DNA of 64,000 nt from Candidatus Omnitrophota bacterium. GTDB lineage: Bacteria; Omnitrophota; Gorgyraeia; Zapsychrales; Zapsychraceae. The position numbers and the translations under genes are program-made. The notes beneath the pieces were generated by a model. It saw only the letters and a list, made by a program, of their open reading frames with translations. It was not told the origin of the DNA and made no database searches. Shown piece by piece: positions 19,782 through 31,312 of this stretch; position 1 is the first letter of the stretch; every line of letters begins with the position of its first letter. Location of the stretch: positions 572 through 64,571 of the forward strand of contig DOGZ01000004.1 of NCBI GenBank assembly GCA_003528115.1. Direction: 5' to 3'.

Positions 19782-21473
19782 ATGAAAGAAAAGGAAAAAA
19801 ATATTCTAAGAAAATATTCTTCATTGGTGACTGAGGGGTACGAACGCGCTCCCAGCCGCGCCATGTTGCGGGCAGTGGGTTTTAAAGATGCCGATTTTAA
19901 GAAACCTCAAATCGGGATAGCTTCAACGTGGGCCATGGTGACGCCTTGCAATATGCATATTAATAAACTTGCTGAGAAGTCCGCCAGGGGGGTTGATGAA
20001 AATGGGGGCAAGGGTATTATTTTCGGGACCATAACAGTCTCCGACGGCATTTCGATGGGGACGGAAGGGATGAAATATTCCTTGGTGTCACGGGAGGTGA
20101 TCGCGGATTCTGTTGAAACGGTCATGGGATGTGAAGGATTCGACGGGCTTGTGGCTATTGGGGGTTGTGACAAGAATATGCCGGGTTGCATTATGGCCAT
20201 GCTGCGTCTGAATCGTCCATCTGTTTTTGTGTATGGCGGGACGATTTTACCGGGGTGTTACCAGGACAAGGATGTGGACATTGTCTCAGTTTTTGAGGCG
20301 GTCGGCGCGTATGCCAATAAGAAAATATCGGATAAAGAATTGAAAGAAATCGAATCCTGCGCCATTCCGGGAGCGGGTTCTTGTGGAGGGATGTACACGG
20401 CCAACACGATGGCTTGCGCCATTGAGGCCATGGGGATGAGTCTTCCCAACAGTTCGGCCCAGGCGGCTATTTCCAGGGACAAGGAAGCGGATTGTCTTAA
20501 CGCCGGGAAGGCCGTGATCCATTTACTCAAACAGGGGATTCGTCCCCGGGACATCATTACACGCAAATCGCTGGAAAATGCCATCACGTTGGTCATGGCC
20601 TTGGGCGGGTCGACGAATGCCGTACTGCATCTCTTGGCCATCGCCCATAGTGCCGATGTCCCATTGACCTTAGACGATTTTGCCCGAATCGGTAAAAAAG
20701 TTCCTGTCCTGGCAGACCTGAAACCCAGCGGACGCTATGTCATGGTGGATTTAGTTAAGATCGGCGGTGTGACGCCGCTGATGAAATTACTTCTGGACTC
20801 TGGATTACTGCATGGCGATTGCCTGACGGTGACAGGTAAGACGGTAAAAGAAAATCTCTCCAAGGTTAAACCTTATCCCAAGGCGCAACAAGTCATTCGT
20901 CCTTTGAATGATCCTATAAAGAAAGAAGGACATTTAGTTGTTTTGTACGGGAACCTGGCGCCTCAGGGAGCGATTGCCAAAATCAGCGGTAAAGAAGGTA
21001 GTAAATTCGTGGGGATCGCGCGTGTTTTTGATTCGGAAGAAAGCGCGTTAAAACGTATTCTTGACGGCACGGTTAAAAAAGGCGATGTGATCGTGATCCG
21101 CTATGAAGGCCCGAAAGGCGGACCGGGGATGCGGGAGATGTTATCGCCGACCTCGGCGGTCATGGGGAAGGGACTAGGCAAAGATGTGGCGCTCATTACC
21201 GACGGTCGTTTTTCCGGCGGCAGCCATGGATTTGTGGTGGGACATATCACCCCTGAGGCCTACACCGGCGGACCGTTGGCTGTGGTGCAAGATGGGGAAC
21301 AGATCACCATTGACGCGGAAAAACGACGCCTTGACCTCCATGTCCCGGAAAAAGAGATCCAACAACGTCTCCTTCGCTGGTCGGCCCCGAAACCGCGCTA
21401 CACGCGAGGGGTTTTGAGCAAATATATGAAATCTGTCAGCTCCGCCTCTTTTGGCGCGGTGACGGATGCGTGA
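19782..21473 (+). CDS. ilvD: Dihydroxy-acid dehydratase
   Basis: [39 protein letters not shown]; AAGGA SD before ATG 19782. Confidence 0.96.
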   Translation: MKEKEKNILRKYSSLVTEGYERAPSRAMLRAVGFKDADFKKPQIGIASTWAMVTPCNMHINKLAEKSARGVDENGGKGIIFGTITVSDGISMGTEGMKYSLVSREVIADSVETVMGCEGFDGLVAIGGCDKNMPGCIMAMLRLNRPSVFVYGGTILPGCYQDKDVDIVSVFEAVGAYANKKISDKELKEIESCAIPGAGSCGGMYTANTMACAIEAMGMSLPNSSAQAAISRDKEADCLNAGKAVIHLLKQGIRPRDIITRKSLENAITLVMALGGSTNAVLHLLAIAHSADVPLTLDDFARIGKKVPVLADLKPSGRYVMVDLVKIGGVTPLMKLLLDSGLLHGDCLTVTGKTVKENLSKVKPYPKAQQVIRPLNDPIKKEGHLVVLYGNLAPQGAIAKISGKEGSKFVGIARVFDSEESALKRILDGTVKKGDVIVIRYEGPKGGPGMREMLSPTSAVMGKGLGKDVALITDGRFSGGSHGFVVGHITPEAYTGGPLAVVQDGEQITIDAEKRRLDLHVPEKEIQQRLLRWSAPKPRYTRGVLSKYMKSVSSASFGAVTDA

Positions 21474-21710
21474 TTGGTTGTTAAAGTTGTTGTAGCCAAA
21501 CAAGGGAATAGATTCGTAGACTATTTTGGCACAAACAGTCTGAAGAAAACCTTACAAATTAGGTAATTAATACAATTTTGATAATATACGTTCATCAAAA
21601 TTTATTAACGCTAAAAAGCCCTCCATCGAATATCATCTGTATTATCTCGACCCAATACCGGGAATGCCTTGATTTCTTCTTTAAGTGGAATCGGATATTA
21701 ATGGAGACAT

Positions 21711-22091
21711 ATGGACATTAATAATATTTTGGCTCTTGCCATAGGATCGCTTGCCGGAGGATTCGCCCGCTATTATATGGCGGGTTTTGTCTACCGCATC
21801 TTTGGCTCCTCTTTTCCTTATGGAACCCTTGCGGTGAATCTGACTGGGTGTTTTCTTATCGGGATCTTTTCTTCCTTCGCGGACAAGAAGTTTCTCATTG
21901 GTCCCGGGGGAAGGCTTCTTTTAATGATAGGATTCTGCGGGGCGTTTACGACTTTTTCCACGTTCATGCTTGAAACCGCCAATTTGATTAGAGATGGTGA
22001 GACATGGCGGGCTTTTTGGAATATTACTTTAAGTGTCATTGTCGGTTTCCTCGTCTTTCGTCTGGGAATCGTATTGGGAGAATGGATTTAA
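21711..22091 (+). CDS. crcB: Fluoride channel FluC/CrcB
   Basis: FPYGTLAVN, GFCGAFTTFSTF. Confidence 0.95.
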   Translation: MDINNILALAIGSLAGGFARYYMAGFVYRIFGSSFPYGTLAVNLTGCFLIGIFSSFADKKFLIGPGGRLLLMIGFCGAFTTFSTFMLETANLIRDGETWRAFWNITLSVIVGFLVFRLGIVLGEWI

Positions 22092-22107
22092 GGAGGTGAA
22101 CGAATTC

Positions 22108-22449
22108 ATGAAGATTCCTGCTGATGGAAAGTTGTTGCGTATTTTTATCGGTGAACAGGACAAATGGCAGGGGCAGCCTTTATATGAAGTCATTATCCAT
22201 CTGGCAAAGAAGCAGAGAATGGCTGGAGCCACGGCTTTGAAAGGCTTTATGGGGTTCGGGGCAAAAAGCCACATGCACACAACGAAGCTTCTGAGGCTTT
22301 CTGAAGATTTGCCTATCATTATCGAAATAGTCGACAGCGAAGAAAAAATCAATCAGTTTCTGCCTCATCTCGATGAGATGGTGAAAGACGGGCTGATAAC
22401 GTTAGAGAAGGCCCATGTCCTAATGTATCGTGCCGGCCAAGGGGCATAG
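22108..22449 (+). CDS. DUF190 (PII-like) protein
   Basis: LLRIFIGEQD, AGAT..KG..GFG, LSEDLPIIIEIVD; usual crcB partner; AGGAGGT SD. Confidence 0.9.
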   Translation: MKIPADGKLLRIFIGEQDKWQGQPLYEVIIHLAKKQRMAGATALKGFMGFGAKSHMHTTKLLRLSEDLPIIIEIVDSEEKINQFLPHLDEMVKDGLITLEKAHVLMYRAGQGA

Positions 22450-22501
22450 TTTATGGGAGTCCCCATTCAAGAAATTAAACAATCACAAGGGATGGATCTA
22501 T

Positions 22502-23572
22502 ATGCCTGGAAACACATTTGGAAAGGTTTTTAGAGTAACAACGTTCGGCGAAAGCCATGGCCCTGCCATAGGCGTCATCATGGATGGTGTTCCGCCTCAG
22601 TTGCCGCTTTGTGAATCGGATATTCAATTTGAGTTAGACCGCAGACGTCCCGGCCAAAGCAAAGTCACAACCCAACGAAAAGAATCCGATGTGGTGGAAA
22701 TCCTTTCCGGTGTTTTGGAAGGGAAAACAACCGGGACAGCCCTGGCGATGTTGATTCGCAATGAGGATCAACGTTCTAAAGATTACAGTGAAATGAAAGA
22801 TCTTTTCCGTCCCGGTCACGCGGATTATACCTATCTCGCCAAATACGGTATCCGTGATTATCGCGGCGGGGGACGCGCCTCCGGGCGAGAGACCGCCTGC
22901 CGGGTTGCCGCCGGTGCTGTGGCGAAACGAATTCTTGACCAACATAATATAAGAATTGTGGCGTATACCCTTGCCGTGGGGGATATTTACGCGAAGAAAA
23001 TTGATTGTTCGGTTATTGAAAAAAATATTGTTAGAGCCCCGGATCTAGAAATCGCGGAACACATGATCAGTAAAATCGAAGAGGCGCGCAAGAGTTGTGA
23101 TTCAATCGGAGGAATTATTGAGGCCCTTGTCCATGGATGCCCCCCCGGTCTGGGAGAACCTGTCTTTGATAAATTAAACGCCCGACTGGCTTATGCCTTG
23201 ATGTCCATCGGCGCCGTCAGGGGTATCGAATTCGGCAAAGGATTTGAAGCCGCAAAAATGTTAGGCTCTGAGCATAATGACAAGTTTTTTGTCGATGGGG
23301 ATAGAGTCCGAACATACACCAATCACGCCGGCGGCATTTTGGGTGGAATCTCCAACGGTGAGGATATTCGCTTGCGTCTGGCCATCAAACCAACCTCATC
23401 GATCGCCCAAAGTCAGAACACCGTAACCACGTCGTTAATGAAAGCCACTATTGAAGTGAAGGGGCGGCATGATCCATGCCTTTGTCCCCGCATAGTCCCT
23501 GTGGTTGAGGCTATGGTCGCTCTGACCCTCGTGGATTTCTTAATGCTCCAAAAAATAATCACGTGTAAATAA
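22502..23572 (+). CDS. aroC: Chorismate synthase
   Basis: TFGESHG, RPGHAD, GGRASGRET, GRHDPC. Confidence 0.96.
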   Translation: MPGNTFGKVFRVTTFGESHGPAIGVIMDGVPPQLPLCESDIQFELDRRRPGQSKVTTQRKESDVVEILSGVLEGKTTGTALAMLIRNEDQRSKDYSEMKDLFRPGHADYTYLAKYGIRDYRGGGRASGRETACRVAAGAVAKRILDQHNIRIVAYTLAVGDIYAKKIDCSVIEKNIVRAPDLEIAEHMISKIEEARKSCDSIGGIIEALVHGCPPGLGEPVFDKLNARLAYALMSIGAVRGIEFGKGFEAAKMLGSEHNDKFFVDGDRVRTYTNHAGGILGGISNGEDIRLRLAIKPTSSIAQSQNTVTTSLMKATIEVKGRHDPCLCPRIVPVVEAMVALTLVDFLMLQKIITCK

Positions 23573-23582
23573 CATATCACAA

Positions 23583-24464
23583 ATGAGCCAAGCTTTAGTT
23601 ATTCTTATCACGGGTAGTTCGAGCGGATTCGGCTTCATCACCGCCAGCCGTTTGGCTTCAAAAGGCCATCAGGTGATAGCGACGATGCGCAATACGCAAA
23701 AAAAAGACGCTCTGCTGGATGAGGTCAAAAAACGGGGAGGAACTCTTGAAATTTCTCAACTAGATGTCATAAAAAAAGATTCCATCAAAGAAACCATAGC
23801 GCGGGTGATCAAAGAGTATGGACATATCGACGTCTTGATTAATAATGCCGGTTTTGGTATCGGTGGTTTCTTCGAAGATTTAACCGACGAGGAAATTCGT
23901 CAACAGATGGAAACCAACTTCTTCGGTGTCCAGAATGTCACGCGCGAGGTCATTCCCCATATGCGGCAAAGGAGGCGAGGCAAGATTATCAATATCTCAA
24001 GCGTTTCCGGTTTTTCGGCATCCCCTTGTTTTGGCGCCTATAATGCCAGCAAATGGGCGCTTGAGGCCTTCAGCGAAAGCCTGAGGTACGAATTAAAACT
24101 CTTTAACATCGATGTTGTTCTCATCGAACCCGGGACATACAAAACAAATATTTTTTTTGAAAACGCCCGTTATGCCAAAAATTTCGATAATCCGCAGAGC
24201 CCTTATTATCCGATCTCGCAATTTCTTAAAGCGAAGGTCATGAAGTTCGTTAACGCCTGTCGTAAAAATCCTGAAAATGTTGCCGCGCTGATAGAAAAAC
24301 TCATCATTCAACAACATCCGCCTTTCCGTAACATTCCTGATTGGGAAGGCAAAATTTTGTATATTTGCAGAAAGATTCTGCCCTTTGGCCTCTATAGTTG
24401 GATAATAAAACAGGCACTTTTTTATGACTTTGATGATAAAGATGAGGTTATTCAAGAATTATGA
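23583..24464 (+). CDS. Classical short-chain dehydrogenase/reductase
   Basis: TGSSSGFG, NNAG, YNASK. Confidence 0.92.
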   Translation: MSQALVILITGSSSGFGFITASRLASKGHQVIATMRNTQKKDALLDEVKKRGGTLEISQLDVIKKDSIKETIARVIKEYGHIDVLINNAGFGIGGFFEDLTDEEIRQQMETNFFGVQNVTREVIPHMRQRRRGKIINISSVSGFSASPCFGAYNASKWALEAFSESLRYELKLFNIDVVLIEPGTYKTNIFFENARYAKNFDNPQSPYYPISQFLKAKVMKFVNACRKNPENVAALIEKLIIQQHPPFRNIPDWEGKILYICRKILPFGLYSWIIKQALFYDFDDKDEVIQEL

Positions 24465-26098
24465 CGGAGAATGTACTATTTCAATTAATCGGCGGATTGG
24501 GATTCTTTTTCTTGGGCATGAAGACTATGTCCGATGGCCTTAAAAGCATTGCCGGCGGAAAATTAAAAAGAATTCTCCACCATATGACCAAAATACCCCT
24601 CTTCGGGGTACTTATTGGCCTCTTAGTCACTTGCTTCATTCAATCGTCAAGCGCGACAACGATCATGGTGGTAGGGCTTGTGAACGCGGGCCTTTTGACG
24701 ATTAAACAGGCAGTCTCTGTTATCATGGGGGCCAATGTCGGAGCGACATTCACGGCCTGGTTAATTTCGTCGATGGCTTTTGTTGATATGACCGCTTATG
24801 CTTTGCCTGCCGTGGGTATAGGCTTTGCCGCCCTGTCTCTGGCCAAAACCAAAAACAAACAATCTCTCGGGAAGGCCTTGCTTGGATGCGGTCTTTTATT
24901 TGTGGGCTTGCACTTTATGGTAGAGGCCTTTAGTCCATTGAAGAATAGCGAGCATATTAAACAAATTTTTCTGGCCTGTAGTGAAAATCTTTTGATCGGC
25001 ATCATAGGAGGGATTTTGTTGACTGTTGTGTTCCAGAGTTCAAGCGCGGCCATCGCGGTTGTCCAGGTTCTGGCCTTTAACGGTGTCATCAGTTTTCCAT
25101 CGTCACTTCCGATTATCATAGGCACGATCACGGGAACGATCATGACATCTCAAATGGCCTCACTGGGCACAAATATCAACGCCCGCCGGGTTGCCATGGC
25201 GCATACGTTGTTTAATACGACAGGAGTTTTCTTTCTGATGACTATTGTTTATACCGGATGGTTTGAAGGATTTATCCACAAAATTTTCCCGGGAGAGGTA
25301 ACTTCGACCAATATTATGTTTTATATTGCTGTGACCTTCAGTGTGTTTAATATCCTCAACACTCTTGTATTCCTCCCTTTCATCAACGTGTTAGTCAAAT
25401 TGAGCATTCGTCTGGTTCCCCAAAAAGAGGAGTCTATTTATTTTGGGACACAGTACTTAGAGTATCACCTGCTGGATACCCCAAGCCTGGCTCTGGAACA
25501 GGTTCACAACGAAACTCTCTATATGTTAGGCGTCTGCAAGAAATCCGTTCTGGAGGCTGGGACTGGTTTCTTTGAAAATGATCCCCGGAAGATAGAAAAG
25601 GCTGATGAGTATGCCTCGGTGACCGACAATCTTCAGACGGAAATCACCCAATATATCGTTGAATTATCTCAAAGGCATCTTTTGCCGGAAGAATCTGAGG
25701 GGCTACCGGTTTTGATCCATCATGTCAATGATCTGAAACGTATAGGCGATCTCGCCAGAGATCTCGCTCTTTTGGCCGATAAAAAAATAGAAGAGTCTTT
25801 TTCTTTGGATGAGACGACTTCTCGAGAAATTAAACTAATGACGAATGAACTTCATCGCATGTTTGATGACGCGCAATGCATTTTAAGAAACTCCGACACG
25901 CAGATGGTTCAGAACATATGTGATCGAAAAAAACACATCGACCAATTTCATGAACAATTTAAACAGAACCACATTCAACGCCTAAAATCGATAGGAGCCA
26001 ATCTGAACGCCGAATTTGTCTGTTTGGAATTTGCGGATCATTTACGAAAGATCGCGGATAGACTAAAATGTTTCGCGGAAAATACTATGAGGGAGTGA
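24461..26098 (+). CDS. Na+/Pi cotransporter family protein with PhoU-like C-terminus
   Basis: Two QSSS repeats, GANVG, helical C-terminal domain (LKRIGD, LRKIAD). Confidence 0.9.
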   Translation: MTENVLFQLIGGLGFFFLGMKTMSDGLKSIAGGKLKRILHHMTKIPLFGVLIGLLVTCFIQSSSATTIMVVGLVNAGLLTIKQAVSVIMGANVGATFTAWLISSMAFVDMTAYALPAVGIGFAALSLAKTKNKQSLGKALLGCGLLFVGLHFMVEAFSPLKNSEHIKQIFLACSENLLIGIIGGILLTVVFQSSSAAIAVVQVLAFNGVISFPSSLPIIIGTITGTIMTSQMASLGTNINARRVAMAHTLFNTTGVFFLMTIVYTGWFEGFIHKIFPGEVTSTNIMFYIAVTFSVFNILNTLVFLPFINVLVKLSIRLVPQKEESIYFGTQYLEYHLLDTPSLALEQVHNETLYMLGVCKKSVLEAGTGFFENDPRKIEKADEYASVTDNLQTEITQYIVELSQRHLLPEESEGLPVLIHHVNDLKRIGDLARDLALLADKKIEESFSLDETTSREIKLMTNELHRMFDDAQCILRNSDTQMVQNICDRKKHIDQFHEQFKQNHIQRLKSIGANLNAEFVCLEFADHLRKIADRLKCFAENTMRE

Positions 26099-26127
26099 TG
26101 AAGGAAGTTCATTCATTTGACGGCGCA

Positions 26128-26784
26128 CTAGAAAGATAACCCCATCCGCTCCTGAAGAAACTCCTCCATGCTGGAGCATAGAAGATAAGGGTTCGTTTTT
26201 TTCTGAGAACGGAGCGTGGCAAAGGCCGCATCTCCGTAATGGTGTCCAGGATAAATCATCGTCGATTCAGGCAATTTCAAAATGATATTGTAAAGGGTGT
26301 TGTACATCACCCGGGCATTACCACCCGGAAGATCAACACGGCCGCAGCCGTCGATAAACAGCGTGTCGCCTGTCACGAGGATTTCGCCCGTTTTATAACA
26401 CTGACAGCCCGGAGTATGTCCCGGGGTTAAAAGGCATTCAATCTCAATGTTACCGATCTTGATCTTCTCATGATCTTCGGTTTCACGTATATTCTTGTGC
26501 CTGGGTTTAAAAAATGAGGCTTCAAATTTGGAAATATACGCCGGGACATCCTGTTTGGATAATAGATCATTAAGTCCATTCGTATGATCGGGATGGCCAT
26601 GGGTGAGCAAAATAGCGGATATTTTCCAACCTTCCTGAGCCGCTGCGTTGCAAATAAAATCCACATCCCATGCCGGATCCACGACGGCGACTTCTTTGGT
26701 TTTCGCGTCTCCCAGGAAATACACATAATTTCCCATGGGTCCGACTTCCATCTGTTTTATGAGCAGATCCTGCGCCTGTTTCAT
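26128..26784 (-). CDS. Metallo-beta-lactamase fold hydrolase (glyoxalase II/ETHE1-like)
   Basis: THGHPDH, TPGHTPG, TGDTLF, GCGR, PGH; AGGAG SD favours ATG 26784. Confidence 0.88.
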   Translation of the reverse strand: MKQAQDLLIKQMEVGPMGNYVYFLGDAKTKEVAVVDPAWDVDFICNAAAQEGWKISAILLTHGHPDHTNGLNDLLSKQDVPAYISKFEASFFKPRHKNIRETEDHEKIKIGNIEIECLLTPGHTPGCQCYKTGEILVTGDTLFIDGCGRVDLPGGNARVMYNTLYNIILKLPESTMIYPGHHYGDAAFATLRSQKKTNPYLLCSSMEEFLQERMGLSF

Positions 26785-26913
26785 CGAGAGCTCCTGGTTA
26801 AGAATATTTATGTCATCCACGCTTTAAGTCTTGAAACTGATTATACAAAATACACCTTCCAAAGCAATGGCTAATTTAATGTAGCGATGTAGCGATCAGT
26901 CCGGTACTAGCGC

Positions 26914-26941
26914 TTGACACGCCATGAGAGAAAGTTATAAT
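26914..26941 (+). promoter_or_regulatory. Near-consensus sigma70 promoter of redoxin-mntH-usp-thiC
   Basis: TTGACA-N16-TATAAT. Confidence 0.7.
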
Positions 26942-26985
26942 GAAAACACTTTACCACCAAAAAATCAAACCAGAGGAGAAAGCGT

Positions 26986-27543
26986 ATGGTTTTACTAGAA
27001 TCAGTCACAATTCCCTTAGGTACGAAAATGCCGGATTTCGAAATCAAAGACCCTGAAGGCAAGGTTTATAAGGGGCATGACCTCTATGGCAAGAGGGGCT
27101 TGCTCGTCGCTTTTACCTGTAATCATTGCCCTTACGCCATCGCTGTCTGGCCGCGGTTCATTCGATTGGCTAATTATGCCAGGAATCTGGAGATCGCGAC
27201 CGTGGCGATTAATCCCAATATTAATCAGGCCTATCCCGACGATTCTCCTCAAAAGATGCTGATTAAAATCAAAGAATGGGGAATCAATTTTCCTTATTTA
27301 GTGGACGAGACCCAGGATGTGGCCCGTGATTTTAAGGCGCAATGCACGCCGGATATCTATTTGTTCAATAAGGATCATAAATTGATCTATCACGGACGCA
27401 TCGATGATAACTGGCAGGATGAAAGCAAGGTGACGAGAGAAGAGTTGAAAGAGGCCCTTAATCACCATGCCACCGGACAGCCAATATCACTCAAACAAAT
27501 GCCCTCCATGGGGTGTTCCATCAAGTGGCGGATTGCAAAGTAA
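26986..27543 (+). CDS. Thioredoxin-fold redoxin (AhpC/TSA-like)
   Basis: CNHCPY, ACTPD-like QCTPD, YHGRIDD, SMGCSIKW. Confidence 0.9.
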   Translation: MVLLESVTIPLGTKMPDFEIKDPEGKVYKGHDLYGKRGLLVAFTCNHCPYAIAVWPRFIRLANYARNLEIATVAINPNINQAYPDDSPQKMLIKIKEWGINFPYLVDETQDVARDFKAQCTPDIYLFNKDHKLIYHGRIDDNWQDESKVTREELKEALNHHATGQPISLKQMPSMGCSIKWRIAK

Positions 27544-27562
27544 TATCGTATAAACTTAATAA

Positions 27563-28975
27563 ATGGGCACACTACAACACTGCGCTTTTCCTGAAAAACA
27601 TCAATTGATAATGTCAGAACCTTCAAAAGACGAAATAGTATCTTCAGATCATCCGGGTTGGCGAAGACCGGCTAACACGCCGAGTTTACCGGAGGTTTTT
27701 TCATCAATCTATGTCCCGCCCAATGCTCATTTTCTACGGAAGATGCTCGCTTTTGCTGGTCCCGGACTCATGGTTGCCGTCGGCTATATGGACCCGGGGA
27801 ATTGGGCCACCGATCTTGCGGGCGGCGCTCAATTTGGATACACGTTACTGTCGGTCATTTTGATTTCCAATTTTATGGCGATATTATTGCAGCATTTAGC
27901 CTTAAAGTTGGGAATCGTGACGGGGCGTGATTTGGCGCAGGCTTGCCGTGATCATTTCTCGAAACCGGCAGCCATGTTCTTATGGGGGCTTTGCGAAATC
28001 GCCATCGCGGCTTGCGATTTGGCGGAAGTCATCGGATCAGCCATAGCCCTGAATCTTTTATTTAAAATCCCTTTGGTCGTTGGTATCTTAATTACTGCCT
28101 GCGATGTTATGATCGTGCTCTTGTTGCAAAATAAAGGGTTCCGCATCCTGGAATGTCTCGTCGCGAGCCTGATCGTAATTATCGGTGGATGTTTTACCTA
28201 TGAGCTAGCGATATCCCATCCTTCCGTTCCTCTCATCCTTCAGAACCTTCTGCCAAAACCGGAAATTGTGGTCAACCCTGGGATGTTGTACATCGCTATT
28301 GGGATTCTGGGCGCCACGGTTATGCCGCATAATCTTTATTTGCATTCCAGCATTGTGCAAACCCGTGCTTTTGAACGTAATCCTCGCGGCAAGTCCATGG
28401 CGATTCGTTACGCCACCATTGATTCCACCGTCGCTTTATTGTGCGCCTTTTTCATTAATTCCGCTATTTTAATTTTAAGCGCCGCGGCTTTTCATGGAAC
28501 CATCCATGAAAATGTCGCTGATATCGGCGACGCGTATCATTTATTGACACCCGTTTTAAGCGTGCCTCTGGCCAGTGTTTTATTTGCCGTCGCGTTGCTA
28601 GCGTCGGGCCAGAATTCAACGTTGACCGGGACGCTTGCCGGGCAAATTGTCATGGAAGGTTTTCTGGAAATCCGCTTGCGTCCCTGGATGCGCCGATTGA
28701 TAACCCGTTTAGTCGCGATTGTTCCGGCCGTCATTGTCGCCATCATTTTCGGGGATAAAGGGGTTGGACAACTTTTGATCTTAAGCCAAGTCATTCTGTC
28801 GTTACAGTTAAGCTTTGCTGTTGTGCCTTTAGTCTGGTTTACCTGCGAAACAAAGAAGATGGGGCCGTTCGTTAATTCCCTTTGGCTTAAGTTGCTGGCT
28901 TGGTGTGTTACGTCCATTATTATTGGTTTGAACCTTTTTTTATTATTGCAAATCGTTATGTCTTGGTTAAAATAA
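27563..28975 (+). CDS. mntH: Nramp divalent metal (Mn2+) transporter (start may be 27611)
   Basis: YMDPGNW, MPHNLYLHS, GTLAGQIVMEGF. Confidence 0.95.
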   Translation: MGTLQHCAFPEKHQLIMSEPSKDEIVSSDHPGWRRPANTPSLPEVFSSIYVPPNAHFLRKMLAFAGPGLMVAVGYMDPGNWATDLAGGAQFGYTLLSVILISNFMAILLQHLALKLGIVTGRDLAQACRDHFSKPAAMFLWGLCEIAIAACDLAEVIGSAIALNLLFKIPLVVGILITACDVMIVLLLQNKGFRILECLVASLIVIIGGCFTYELAISHPSVPLILQNLLPKPEIVVNPGMLYIAIGILGATVMPHNLYLHSSIVQTRAFERNPRGKSMAIRYATIDSTVALLCAFFINSAILILSAAAFHGTIHENVADIGDAYHLLTPVLSVPLASVLFAVALLASGQNSTLTGTLAGQIVMEGFLEIRLRPWMRRLITRLVAIVPAVIVAIIFGDKGVGQLLILSQVILSLQLSFAVVPLVWFTCETKKMGPFVNSLWLKLLAWCVTSIIIGLNLFLLLQIVMSWLK

Positions 28976-28981
28976 AAACTT

Positions 28982-29431
28982 ATGTATAAGCATATACTCG
29001 TTCCTTTGGATAATTCCCCGTCTGACCAGGCGATCCTGGAGCATATTCGGCCTTTAGCCAGACAGTTGAATGCTGAGTTGATCCTTGTGCATGTGGCCGA
29101 GGGTTTTGGGGCCAGATACCAGAAACAATTGAATCTAGAGGATTCTGAAGAAATGAGAAAGGACCGGGAATATCTTAACCGTTGTCAGGAAAAGTTAACA
29201 CACGAAGGTTTTAAGGTAAAAGCTCATTTGCTGGTTGGAGAGCCACCTGATCAAATTTTAAATATAGCTGAAAAAGAACAAGTGGATTTAATTGCGATGT
29301 CGACGCATGGCCATCGGTTTCTTCAAGATTTTGTGCTAGGCAGCGTGGCCGAAAATATCAGACACCGTACGGATATTCCCATTTTAATGATTCGATCTTC
29401 CAGATCAAAGGAAGGGAACATAGAAAAATAA
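28982..29431 (+). CDS. Universal stress protein
   Basis: YKHILVPLD, DLIAMSTHGH...LGSVAE. Confidence 0.92.
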   Translation: MYKHILVPLDNSPSDQAILEHIRPLARQLNAELILVHVAEGFGARYQKQLNLEDSEEMRKDREYLNRCQEKLTHEGFKVKAHLLVGEPPDQILNIAEKEQVDLIAMSTHGHRFLQDFVLGSVAENIRHRTDIPILMIRSSRSKEGNIEK

Positions 29432-29439
29432 GGTAATAA

Positions 29440-31242
<1,803 letters not shown>

Positions 31243-31312
31243 TTTTCTTTAGCTACATAAAACAATATTGGGTTTGTTAAGAATTCCCAGCCATTTTTCT
31301 GGCGGATAATTT

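Noticed and set aside
21474-21710. Fluoride riboswitch upstream of crcB
   Set aside because: Conserved core not found by eye
26940-26956. Second copy of the ahpC-type box at the mntH operon promoter
   Set aside because: Only the left half-site (ATGAAA) matches
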